Source: Candidatus Eiseniibacteriota bacterium (GTDB lineage Bacteria; Eisenbacteria; RBG-16-71-46; CAVPCR01). Taken from it: DNA of 64,000 nucleotides. Where the stretch lies: contig CAWGMA010000003.1 in assembly GCA_963823555.1 (NCBI GenBank), positions 672,001-736,000 of the forward strand, given 5' to 3'. The first letter of the stretch is position 1. The number at the start of each line of letters is the position of its first letter. Made by a program: the position numbers and the translations under genes. Positions 1 to 8,945 of this stretch are shown piece by piece. The notes beneath the pieces are model-generated. The model saw only the letters and a program-made list of their open reading frames with translations. It had not been told where the DNA came from and made no database searches.

Positions 1-2
1 CC

Positions 3-917
3 CTCAAACGCCGACTGGACACCAGGGGATGGCTTTGTCTGGCGCTTCCGTTCGTGGCGGCGGCGATGATCATGAACCTGTCGCCTTTCCAGATGGGAGG
101 TCAAACTCAGGTGCTGGCCGCGATCCACCTTCCCATCGCGTTGTGGTTTGCCGTCGGGTTCGCATATGCCGCAAGCCGATGGCGCAATCACGATCAACGT
201 ATGAACTACGTGCGTTTCTCCGGCGAGTGGTTCATCTATTACGCGCTCATTGCACTTGGCGGCGGCGTCCTGGTGTTGTTCACGGTCTTCATTTTCGACG
301 CTATCGGCTTGAATGCGGAGCCCTTTGCCGCACGCTGGATCATCATGTGCGGAGCCGCCGGTGCGGTCGTTGTTGCTGCCTGGCTAGTCGAGGCCAAGCA
401 GAGCGTCATCGAGAACATGGCGCCTGTGCTCACGGTGCTCTTCACGCCGCTCTTCACGGTGCTGCTTGTCGTCTTCGTGGCAGCCATGATCTGGACCGGA
501 AACGCGATCGATGTCGGGCGCGAGGTGCTCATCGGCTTCGACCTGCTCCTCGTGCTCGTCTTGTGCCTGTTGCTCTACGCAATCTCCGCGCGTGATCCGC
601 AGTCGCCGCCCAGCCGCTTCGACCGACTCCAGCTTCTGCTGGTACTTTGCGCTCTAATCGTCGATGTCTTGGCTCTGTGGGCAATGGCTGCACGCATCTC
701 CGAGTTTGGTGTCAGCCCCAACAAGACCGCGGCTCTCGGACTGAACCTGCTGCTGCTCGTGAACCTGGCCTGGTCGGGCGTGCTCTACGCACGATTCCTC
801 ACCAATCGCTCGTCGTTCTCTGCACTGGAGCGCTGGCAAACATCGTATCTTCCGACATTCGCAGCCTGGGCATGGATCGTGGTGGCGCTCTTCCCGGTGA
901 TCTTCAGCTACCGGTAG
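3..917 (+). CDS. Polytopic membrane protein (permease-prefix/DUF4153-like), 5'-truncated by the window edge
   Basis: Frame is open from position 3; many hydrophobic segments; motifs YYALIALGGGVL, KQSVIENMAPVL, SPNKTAALG, LERWQTSYLP resemble that family. Confidence 0.65.
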   Translation, partial: LKRRLDTRGWLCLALPFVAAAMIMNLSPFQMGGQTQVLAAIHLPIALWFAVGFAYAASRWRNHDQRMNYVRFSGEWFIYYALIALGGGVLVLFTVFIFDAIGLNAEPFAARWIIMCGAAGAVVVAAWLVEAKQSVIENMAPVLTVLFTPLFTVLLVVFVAAMIWTGNAIDVGREVLIGFDLLLVLVLCLLLYAISARDPQSPPSRFDRLQLLLVLCALIVDVLALWAMAARISEFGVSPNKTAALGLNLLLLVNLAWSGVLYARFLTNRSSFSALERWQTSYLPTFAAWAWIVVALFPVIFSYR

Positions 918-1143
918 CTGACGCGGAAACCGCTGCGACCGGGGGTACGAAATACCTTGGAGATGGAGAGCGAGCCCGTAGTATCCGAAGGTTTGATATT
1001 GCTGTCAGACCGCTGCGCGCTTCTGCGTCCCGGTAGCGGAGCTCCCGCTTGCGGGACGCGGATCGCGGCCACGAAACCTCGACAGTCAGCTGGTCATGAA
1101 CGAGCACCTTCTCCACTGTCTGATGGAGAAGAGGCTGTTTTTT
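918..1143 (+). ncRNA. Candidate structured non-coding RNA, possibly an orphan IS110-family non-coding end, ending in a terminator-like hairpin
   Basis: Nested pairings seen by eye: 1001-1006/1081-1086, 1010-1013/1065-1068, 1022-1032/1052-1062, 1035-1039/1045-1049; hairpin 1108-1115/1124-1131 followed by a T run at 1138-1143. Family assignment is recollection only. Confidence 0.35.
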
Positions 1144-1270
1144 GGAGGGGCCCCTGGCCTGGCATCGGAGGCTGCCATCCGCTCTCGCCTGGACGCTGAC
1201 ACGGCGCCGCCGCCGCGTGACCGCAACAGCGCCGCCGGCCGTCCGCAGCCGTGCTACCATCCCCTCAGCC

Positions 1271-2803
1271 ATGTCGCCGACGGCCATCAAGTCCCGCTCC
1301 CGCCTGCAGTGGATCGGCCTCATCACCGCGCCGCTGCTCGCGCTCGCTGTATACGTCGCTCTGCCGGTCTCGTACGAGACGGCGGACGGCACGGCGCCGC
1401 TGACGCACGCCGCGCGCGCCACTACGGCGACGGCGGCATGGATGGCCGTGTGGTGGATGACAGAGGCCATTCCGGTATTCGCCACGGCGCTCCTGCCGAT
1501 CGCGGTGCTGCCCATGGCTGGGGCGGTGAGCATCCGCGACACGGCCGCGCCCTACGCGCACGAGCTGATCTTCCTCTTCATGGGCGGGTTCATCATTGCG
1601 GTCGCCATGGAGCGCTGGGGTCTTCACCGTCGCTTTGCCTATCGCACGCTGCAGCTCGTTGGCACGCGTACCTCCGCCGTCGTGGCAGGCTTCATGGCCA
1701 TCACGGCATTTACCAGCATGTGGGTGTCGAACACGGCGACCGTTATCATGATGCTGCCCATCGCCCTCAGCGTGATCGACCTGGTGCTCAAGCAGACAGG
1801 CCAGTCGCTTCGCGACACGGACGAGTTTGGCGAGGGGGCCGGCCATAACTTCGCGCTGTGCCTCCTGCTCGGGATTGCCTATGCGGCCTCGATCGGCGGC
1901 ATAGGAACGCTCATCGGGACGCCACCCAATCTGTTCCTCGCCTCGTACGTCGAAAGCAATCTCGGCATCGAAATCAGCTTCGTGCGCTGGATGGGGGTAG
2001 GCATTCCACTCGTGCTCGTGTTTCTGCCGGTGACGTGGTGGTTGCTCACCAAGGTGCTCTACCCGATCAAGGTGCCGCGCATCGAAGGAGGAGGAGCGCT
2101 AACGCGCGAAGCATACGTCGAGCTCGGCGCGATGAAGCGGGGGGAGTGGGCCGTGCTCATCGTGTTCCTGCTCACAGCGGCCGCGTGGATCTCACGGCCG
2201 TTACTGGTGAAAGTGAGCGTACTGGGTGCGTACCCACTGTCCGGGCTAACCGACGCGGGCATCGCTATCACGGCGGCACTCGTGCTGTTCGTCATCCCTG
2301 TCGACATCAAGAGACGCGAATTCGTGATGGACTGGGAGCACACCGCGCGCCTGCCGTGGGGTGTGCTGCTGCTGTTCGGCGGTGGGCTCAGTCTCGCCGC
2401 GGCGATCAAGAGCACCGGCGTCGGCGAATTTCTCGGGCACCAGGTGGCCACTTTCGCCGGAGCGCCGTCGCTGGTGATCGTATTGCTCATCGTGACCGTG
2501 ATGATCTTCCTCACCGAGTTGACCAGCAACACCGCCACTACTGCGACGCTGGTTCCCATTCTTGCCGCCCTCGCGCCCGGGCTCGGACTGAATCCGTTCT
2601 TTCTCATTGTGCCGGCCACCATGGCTGCTAGCTGTGCTTTCATGCTGCCGGTGGCGACGCCTCCCAACGCCATCGTGTTTGGCTCGGGCTACGTGCGCAT
2701 CGGACAGATGGTGCGGGCGGGGCTTTGGCTCAATCTCATTGGCATCGTCCTCATCACCGTGATCATGTATGCCGTCGCGCAGGTGGTTCTTCCGATGCGG
2801 TGA
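1271..2803 (+). CDS. DASS/SLC13 family sodium:dicarboxylate or sulfate symporter
   Basis: Motifs WWMTEAIP, SMWVSNTAT, GTLIGTPPN, TELTSNTAT, AFMLPVATPPNAIVF; start placed at ATG 1271. Confidence 0.93.
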   Translation: MSPTAIKSRSRLQWIGLITAPLLALAVYVALPVSYETADGTAPLTHAARATTATAAWMAVWWMTEAIPVFATALLPIAVLPMAGAVSIRDTAAPYAHELIFLFMGGFIIAVAMERWGLHRRFAYRTLQLVGTRTSAVVAGFMAITAFTSMWVSNTATVIMMLPIALSVIDLVLKQTGQSLRDTDEFGEGAGHNFALCLLLGIAYAASIGGIGTLIGTPPNLFLASYVESNLGIEISFVRWMGVGIPLVLVFLPVTWWLLTKVLYPIKVPRIEGGGALTREAYVELGAMKRGEWAVLIVFLLTAAAWISRPLLVKVSVLGAYPLSGLTDAGIAITAALVLFVIPVDIKRREFVMDWEHTARLPWGVLLLFGGGLSLAAAIKSTGVGEFLGHQVATFAGAPSLVIVLLIVTVMIFLTELTSNTATTATLVPILAALAPGLGLNPFFLIVPATMAASCAFMLPVATPPNAIVFGSGYVRIGQMVRAGLWLNLIGIVLITVIMYAVAQVVLPMR

Positions 2804-2830
2804 CCGAACCCGCCCGCTGGGCAGTCGCGA

Positions 2831-3300
2831 TGTGAAGGCTGCGTACGATTCGCCAGTTCCGCGGACCATGGGACCATCACCCTCGCCGTATTCAACGGCA
2901 TGATCAACGCCGGTGTCACGAACCAGGTCACGGGTGCCCAGGTCTGGCGTAGTTCTACCGGGGACAACAACACCTGGGAACAGGTCGCCCCGACCCTACC
3001 TGGAACCATTCCGGCCAGCATTACCGGGTTTGCCGAGTTCGAAGGCGGGCTGTATGCCGCGGTCGAGCTTGAGGAGGATTTGCCGGCGCAAGTCTGGTTC
3101 AGCGACGGCGGCGCCTGGGAGATCGTAATGGGACGGTTTCGGTGATGCCAACACCGTCTCACCGGCGGCATGGCGATGTTCTTGGGGGGTCTTCATGTTG
3201 GCGCGGGAAACACCACCGTCGCGGCCCACCTCTGGCGCAGCCCTGACGGTAGTGTCTGGACACGGGCAATCGCCGCAGCATCCATCTCACCGCACAGACC
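2831..3300 (+). pseudogene. Frameshifted fragment of a beta-propeller repeat protein
   Basis: Three related units (LAVFNGMINAGVTNQVTGAQVWRSSTG; FAEFEGGLYAAVE..AQVWFSDGG; MAMFLGGLHVGAGNTTVAAHLWRSPDG) are split across separate ORFs; no signal peptide or clear start. Confidence 0.6.
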
Positions 3301-3315
3301 TAGGTGGTTGAGCTG

Positions 3316-4197
3316 CTACCGCGATTGGCTGGGGGCCGTGGCGGTCGGCAACGGGGCGAACCCCGCTGCCGCGGCAACCTGCTGGCCCTCCGGGCCAGTG
3401 ATCCATTCGAGGTACGCGGCAACCGCTCCCGTGGGTTTTCCATTCGTGTAGCAATAGAGACTGCGGGCCAGCGGATAAGTGTCGGCATAGATGACCGCAA
3501 GGTCCAGGGACTGTCCGTCGGCCGTGACTGGAGAGATCGCCGGTGCGTCTTTGCTCTCTTTCAGCTTGAGGACCCTGATGCCATTGCTCTTCAGAAAGTG
3601 GGTGGCCGCGCCGTACCCGATGGCAGCTGGCTCGACGCTTAGCGCACTGTCAATGGCGGCAGGACTGGGCATGGCGCGACAGTCAGGCGCGAACTCCCGA
3701 TTGCCCAGCGCATGTTCCTGGAAGAAGCCGCCGGCGGGGTTTGGCGCATAGCCGTAGCGCAAGATTCCATCGTTGGATCCACCGAGGTCTTGCCAGTTGT
3801 TGATGGCGCCCGTGTAGATCGCCTTCAGCTGTTTCATCGTGAGCTCAGCGAGTGGGTTATCCTTGTGCACCACGACGGCCAGAGCGCTCATCGCCACCTT
3901 GTGTTCCACGGGCTCGACCCCCGCTTTGCGAGCAGCCTCTGACTCCACGGGTCGAATCAGGCGGCTAGAGTTGGCGATATCGGTGGTTCCGGCGATGAGC
4001 ACGGCGTGCCCGGTGCCGGAGCCGCCTCCGTTCACCTGGATGTCCACATCGGGGTGAGCGGCCATGTATACCTCGGCCCAGCGCTGCGACAGCGGCAACA
4101 TGGTGTTCGAGCCCACGACGGTAATCTGCTCGGCGCAGACAGGTGTAGCGCATGCGATTCCAGCGATGGCAAGGGCAGCAAGGACTCGACGTAGCAT
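3316..4197 (-). CDS. pstS: Phosphate ABC transporter substrate-binding protein PstS family
   Basis: Signal peptide after GGAGG RBS; ITVVGSNTMLPL, VNGGGSGTG, DIANSSRLI, YPLARSLYCYT motifs. Confidence 0.88.
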   Translation of the reverse strand: MLRRVLAALAIAGIACATPVCAEQITVVGSNTMLPLSQRWAEVYMAAHPDVDIQVNGGGSGTGHAVLIAGTTDIANSSRLIRPVESEAARKAGVEPVEHKVAMSALAVVVHKDNPLAELTMKQLKAIYTGAINNWQDLGGSNDGILRYGYAPNPAGGFFQEHALGNREFAPDCRAMPSPAAIDSALSVEPAAIGYGAATHFLKSNGIRVLKLKESKDAPAISPVTADGQSLDLAVIYADTYPLARSLYCYTNGKPTGAVAAYLEWITGPEGQQVAAAAGFAPLPTATAPSQSR

Positions 4198-4394
4198 CTC
4201 TTGATTTCCCTCCGCGCCGTCCGCTCGCTCCCGGGCAAGGCTCTCTCCGCCGAAGCGCCGCGCGACCCGCCGGGAGTTGGGACTCCGGATCCTACCGCAG
4301 CCGGCCGGGGCTGTGGTAGGATAAGTTGTCACTTGGTATCTCGGTCTTTCTCGGGATCTGTCACGCGATGATTCATTTCTGTTCACTACCTCTT

Positions 4395-6341
4395 ATGCAG
4401 CGTCCTCCGATCGGTCTCGGTCGCCGCCGGCCCCGGGTAGCGGCACCCGCCCTTCTCGCTGTCCTGGTCTTGGCGACCGGAACGGCCTCCGCACAGGGTG
4501 TTGCAACCGATCAAGGGAGCAGGCCCCCGATCTTCGGGGGCCAGTACGCTGATCTCTCGCCCCGGCAGCAGGCGCTGGTCGACGACTGGTTTAGGCGCTT
4601 CAACGAGGAGCAGGACACCAGCCTGGATGCCAAGGTGGCCTACGACCAGATTCCGATCTCGGTACGAACCACCTTCGAGGCGGTTACGCATGCGCTCTCA
4701 AACTCAACGCTGACCAGCCAGGCCGGAGATTCCCTTGGTGCTGCGGTCGATCTCGTCGAAAAGGTCGATCATGTGAAGGGTAGGCTGCCCGGTGCGCGCG
4801 GAGACCTGCAGTTCCGGATCTACGTGCAGCTCAAGGATGGAGCGCTCGCCACGCTGAATGAATGCCGGGAGTTCACGCGCTGCCACGACAATACCGTGTT
4901 TCACAAGAGCTATCCGCTCAACTACAGACAAGGGAAAGGTGCTCCTTCGATCCAGATCTCGATGACCCGCGACGGCCGGCATGCCGATATCGATGTCGAC
5001 TATCGCTCGTCGTTCTTCGCCGTTGCTCTTTTCGATGGCCACCTCACATCCGCGAACTCCGACGTGCGCGCAGGAAACAACGTCGACCGTCACAACGGTA
5101 GGTGGACCGGGCTCACCAACTGGTGGCGGAACCTCTTTGGATTTCCGCGGGCGAATGAAGGTGAAGCGGAGGACATCCAGCAAGGGGACCCGTTCGGGGC
5201 GACCCAGCTTCCTCCTTTCGGCAAGGGCCACATCGAGGATGCCGTTCACGACTATCTAGTCACGTGGCTCATCGCGGGGGAGCCGTGGCGCGCGCTGGCC
5301 TACGCGTCCGAGCAGGCGTTCGATTGCCTGCCGGAGGAGGAGCCCGGACTGGTTGTTGACCGAACGGCGGCACTGTCCCGCAAGTCGAGGGACATGGAAG
5401 TGGCGAGCGAGGCCCTGGGGCAAGTCGAGAACCTGAGCGATGTGGTCGCCCCCATGGACATTCGGGACTCCCGCTTGCAGCACGTGAAGCAGCGCTATCA
5501 CGATCTCTTCAACCTCAATGAGATCCCGGAAGGTGTGGCGGATTATCAGTGCGACGGTCAAGAGACCGGCAAGGAAACGCAGAGCAGAGAAAGGGTGGGC
5601 TACGCCAGGACCAAGAGCGGGCGCTACGTCGCTTCGTTCGTTCTTCATAGCAAAGGTCGCCGCGGCTTCCCGGTCCAGCAGGTCTGGTTCAAGGATGCCG
5701 GCATCTGGCGCATCGAGTCGTTTCTCCTCCAGGCGGATCCGAGTTGGGCGGCGATCCCGGACGTACGTCCGGCAATCGAGCAGAGCGATGACGACATCCT
5801 GCGTGTGCCTGGTGATCCAGCCATGGTCCAGGCGGCTACCGAGTTCCTTGAGGCCTGGTTCATCCGGCGCGACATGGAAGCGGTCCTGACCTATCTCGCG
5901 GACGAGAGCCTCAGCTGCGCGAACCTGGATCTGCCGCCAGGGGAGGCGCCACTGTCAGTGCCTGCCGATCTGCGTGTGCGGATTCAAGGCGGGATGGAGC
6001 GGGTGGCCGCCGGCGTTGGGCAACCGGCGGTGCTCGAGGAATGCCTGGAGAGCGTCGCTCCGGTCAGTGCGGCAACCCGCCTGGTGATGCATCCGCACGC
6101 CGGTGCCTTCGCGCTCCTGGCGCTGCCGAATCACGTCGGTGTGACCATGGACTGCGAGCGCGAGTGGGAGGATGCCGACAGCGCGGCACCTGTGGAGGGA
6201 GACGAAAACTACGGGAATCACTACCTCACCGTGTTCCACTGCCGGCCCATTTCGGGAGAGCAACCGGCGGTGTTCAAGCTGCACTGGGCCCGTGAGAACG
6301 GTGAGTGGCGGGTCATGGCTTTCCACACCCTCGTAGACTGA
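4395..6341 (+). CDS. Hypothetical secreted protein with two internally repeated C-terminal domains
   Basis: Long ORF, signal peptide ending TASA-Q; repeats AVHDYLVTWL..WFKDAGIWRIESF and AATEFLEAWF..WARENGEWRVMAF. Confidence 0.75.
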   Translation: MQRPPIGLGRRRPRVAAPALLAVLVLATGTASAQGVATDQGSRPPIFGGQYADLSPRQQALVDDWFRRFNEEQDTSLDAKVAYDQIPISVRTTFEAVTHALSNSTLTSQAGDSLGAAVDLVEKVDHVKGRLPGARGDLQFRIYVQLKDGALATLNECREFTRCHDNTVFHKSYPLNYRQGKGAPSIQISMTRDGRHADIDVDYRSSFFAVALFDGHLTSANSDVRAGNNVDRHNGRWTGLTNWWRNLFGFPRANEGEAEDIQQGDPFGATQLPPFGKGHIEDAVHDYLVTWLIAGEPWRALAYASEQAFDCLPEEEPGLVVDRTAALSRKSRDMEVASEALGQVENLSDVVAPMDIRDSRLQHVKQRYHDLFNLNEIPEGVADYQCDGQETGKETQSRERVGYARTKSGRYVASFVLHSKGRRGFPVQQVWFKDAGIWRIESFLLQADPSWAAIPDVRPAIEQSDDDILRVPGDPAMVQAATEFLEAWFIRRDMEAVLTYLADESLSCANLDLPPGEAPLSVPADLRVRIQGGMERVAAGVGQPAVLEECLESVAPVSAATRLVMHPHAGAFALLALPNHVGVTMDCEREWEDADSAAPVEGDENYGNHYLTVFHCRPISGEQPAVFKLHWARENGEWRVMAFHTLVD

Positions 6342-6549
6342 TGGGCGCTACGCTACTCCTCGTTTCCTTTCCCTTGGTATCCGAAGGCTGGATGGTAGGC
6401 TAGGCTCCACGTGTGTGCGAGCTCGCACACTATGAGCGCCCAAACAATGACAAACGTCACCGAAGACCCCGATGAGTCCGTGGTGATCAGCGTCTCACCA
6501 GGGTGGTGCCTCCCCGGTTGACGCTTCTACGCTGATCTCACTGTCCGCA

Positions 6550-6958
6550 ATGGGATTCCACGTCGCCATCGTTGTCTTCGGGCTCTTGGGAGTGGTCTGT
6601 CTCTCACCCTCGAAAGCGCAATCGCCTGAATCCCCATCATTCTGGGGAGCTTCAACCCCGGAAGAAGAGGGCCTTGATTCCAGCATGTTGGCCACATGCT
6701 GCAGAGGATTCAATCCGAGCGACTGAACATCCGCAGCGTTCTCATTGTCAGAAACGATAGGTTGGTGCTGGAGAGCTATACTCGGGAGGGAAGTACCTGC
6801 TCGAGGACAACGAGCTTGGCTTCTCTGATGTCACGCCATGGTTCGAACGGCCGGATGTCTCTCGTCTCCAGATCAAGTCTGAAGATGGGGTCCTCGAACT
6901 CGTGATCGGGATGGACGGTGTGTACCGAACCTCGAAACCCGCTTCGACGCGCGAATGA
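6550..6958 (+). pseudogene. Remnant of a serine hydrolase (beta-lactamase-related family) with frameshift and large internal deletion
   Basis: Signal-like start, WGASTPEEEGLDSSML, frameshift into MLQRIQSERLNIRSVLIVRNDRLVLESY (typical N-terminus), then jumps to GKYLLEDNELGF and IGMDGVYRTS; no SxxK core seen. Confidence 0.65.
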
Positions 6959-7055
6959 GGTTCATGGATGACCGCCTGGCATCTCTGTTCATCTGGCAGC
7001 CGCTCGACAGGCGTGTGGCTGTGAGGGGTGCTCGCGAGTGGCTCTATTTCCCCTC

Positions 7056-7105
7056 TTGACAGGTAACCGCTGCATTACCTATTATAGGTAACCGATGGGT
7101 TACTC
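7056..7105 (+). promoter_or_regulatory. Sigma70-type promoter with two tandem palindromic operators for the ArsR-SRPBCC operon
   Basis: TTGACA 7056-7061, TATTAT 7080-7085; AGGTAA-N8-TTACCT 7061-7080 and GTAACC-GATG-GGTTAC within 7086-7105, overlapping the ATG. Confidence 0.75.
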
Positions 7106-7427
7106 AACTGGCATAACCGCCTATGAAAGCGACGGTTTCGCCGCCCTCGCCGATCCTACCAGACGGCGGATCATCGCCCTTCTCGCCGAGCGCGATCGGA
7201 CCGTGAAGGAGATCGCCGAGCACTTCTCCGTCTCCCGGCCGGCGATCAGCAAGCACCTGCAGGTTTTGCGCAGGGCCGGGCTCGTGGCCGAGACGAAGCG
7301 GGGGCGCGAGCGCGTCCAGCGCTTCGAAGGATCAGCCCTGCAATCGGTCGGCGATTGGATCCGCCACTATGAGGCGTTCTGGCAGGAGCGCCTGGCCACC
7401 CTCAAGCAACTCGTGGAGGATGACTGA
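7095..7427 (+). CDS. ArsR/SmtB family transcriptional regulator
   Basis: FAALADPTRRRII, SRPAISKHLQVLRRAGLV winged HTH; stop overlaps next ATG. Confidence 0.93.
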   Translation: MGYSTGITAYESDGFAALADPTRRRIIALLAERDRTVKEIAEHFSVSRPAISKHLQVLRRAGLVAETKRGRERVQRFEGSALQSVGDWIRHYEAFWQERLATLKQLVEDD

Positions 7428-8884
7428 TGAAGGGCGTGCACATGAACATCGACCTCAAGGCCCCGGTCGCGAAGGTGTGGGAGTATCTCACCGATCCCGA
7501 GAAACTGGCCGCCTGGCTCATGGCGAGCGACCTCACCGCGGAGGTCGGCGCACATTTCACCTTCACCGCCTCCCCCTCGGGCACCTGGGACGGACGCCTG
7601 CACTGCAAGGTGATGGATCTCGTCGAGCGCGAGCGCCTCTCCTTTTCCTGGAGCGCCAACGACATCGGCGCCGAGACGCTCGTCACCTTCCAGCTCGAGG
7701 AGATCGCTTCCGGGACGCGCTTGACGCTCACCCACACGGGCTTCGAGGGGGCGCTCCCGGGGGCCGAGGGTCGGCATGCGGCAGGCTGGACGAATGCGCT
7801 GAAAATGCTCGAGACGACGTTGTGCGGCCCGCGAACCGGGTATGACTGGAGCGTGTTCGAGATCACGCGCCACATCGCGGCGCCGCTCCCGGATCTGTTC
7901 GCCCTGTGGGCCACGCCGGCGGGGCTCAAACGCTTCTGGGCCGAGACTGTCGCCTGCACCGCTCCCGATGGCACCGTTCGTGCTGCCACCGACACCTTCC
8001 GCCACGGGGATCGCATCGCCCTCACTTTCTCCACGGGAGCGTCGACGGAGCTCGAGATCATCAACATCGAGCGCGATCGTTTCATCACCTTCACATTCGG
8101 TCGGGACTACGGCTGGGTGCGCGTGGGTCTGTCCCGGGACGGGGACCGCGCGCGGGTGGTCCTGCGCCAGTTCGGCATGCCGATCGACGGCGAGGCCCCC
8201 TGGGAGATCCACGCCAACGCTCGCGGGTGGTGGATCTTCAACCTGATGAATCTCGAGTCGGTCCTCCTCCACGCGCATGATCTCCGGGTGCGCGAGGCCG
8301 CGGCGGAGAATGCCTTGGGCGCGCGATATCTCCCAGGGGATGAAACCGCCGCGCAGCCACATGATTGGACGTCGTTCGACGTCCATCTCTATATCGATGC
8401 CCGGCCCGGTGATGTTCTCTCCCGATGGCGAACCGCCGCCGGCATCGAGAGCTTCTTCGTCCGCGAGGCGTGCTTCACCGACGCGTCGGGCGTGAGGCGC
8501 TCGCCGACCGCCGAGGCCGAGGAGGGAGACGCGTATCAGTGGGACGGCATTCACAACTTCCGGATGACGGGGCGCGTCCTAGACTCCTCTGCAGACCAGG
8601 TTGTCTTCACCTTCGGCGATCGGTATCGGGTGACCGTGAGCGCGTCGGGACACGGTACGGGCACTCTCCTTCATCTACGGCAGAGCGGCATGCGCGACGA
8701 TCCGGAGGACCGGGTGCAAGGATCTCTCAACTGCCGATCCTGCTGGATCTACTTCCTGACCGCACTGAAGGGGAAGATCGAACGCGGCATCGATCTGCGT
8801 GACCTGCGCCCGGAGACGGCTGACTCGATCTCGGTGGGCTACAATCTCGCCCGAGATACGCCGCCGCCCGCGTCGCGCATGTGA
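7427..8884 (+). CDS. Triple SRPBCC (AHSA1/START-like) domain protein
   Basis: First domain APVAKVWEYLTDPEKLAAW..TRLTLTHTGF..GWTNAL, plus two further related domains; coupled to ArsR by TGATG. Confidence 0.85.
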   Translation: MKGVHMNIDLKAPVAKVWEYLTDPEKLAAWLMASDLTAEVGAHFTFTASPSGTWDGRLHCKVMDLVERERLSFSWSANDIGAETLVTFQLEEIASGTRLTLTHTGFEGALPGAEGRHAAGWTNALKMLETTLCGPRTGYDWSVFEITRHIAAPLPDLFALWATPAGLKRFWAETVACTAPDGTVRAATDTFRHGDRIALTFSTGASTELEIINIERDRFITFTFGRDYGWVRVGLSRDGDRARVVLRQFGMPIDGEAPWEIHANARGWWIFNLMNLESVLLHAHDLRVREAAAENALGARYLPGDETAAQPHDWTSFDVHLYIDARPGDVLSRWRTAAGIESFFVREACFTDASGVRRSPTAEAEEGDAYQWDGIHNFRMTGRVLDSSADQVVFTFGDRYRVTVSASGHGTGTLLHLRQSGMRDDPEDRVQGSLNCRSCWIYFLTALKGKIERGIDLRDLRPETADSISVGYNLARDTPPPASRM

Positions 8885-8945
8885 TATTCTTGAATCCTAG
8901 ATTCCGGTGGCGGGCGGTCCCCCAGGCCGAGATCACCGCTTGGAG

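Noticed and set aside
918..1090. Glycine, c-di-AMP, c-di-GMP or fluoride riboswitch upstream of the DASS gene
   Set aside because: Only isolated words match (GGAGAG, CCGAAGG, GGGACGC); the full consensus order is absent
981..6388. GTATCCGAAGG shared between 981-991 and about 6378
   Set aside because: An 11-nt match is expected by chance and does not extend convincingly
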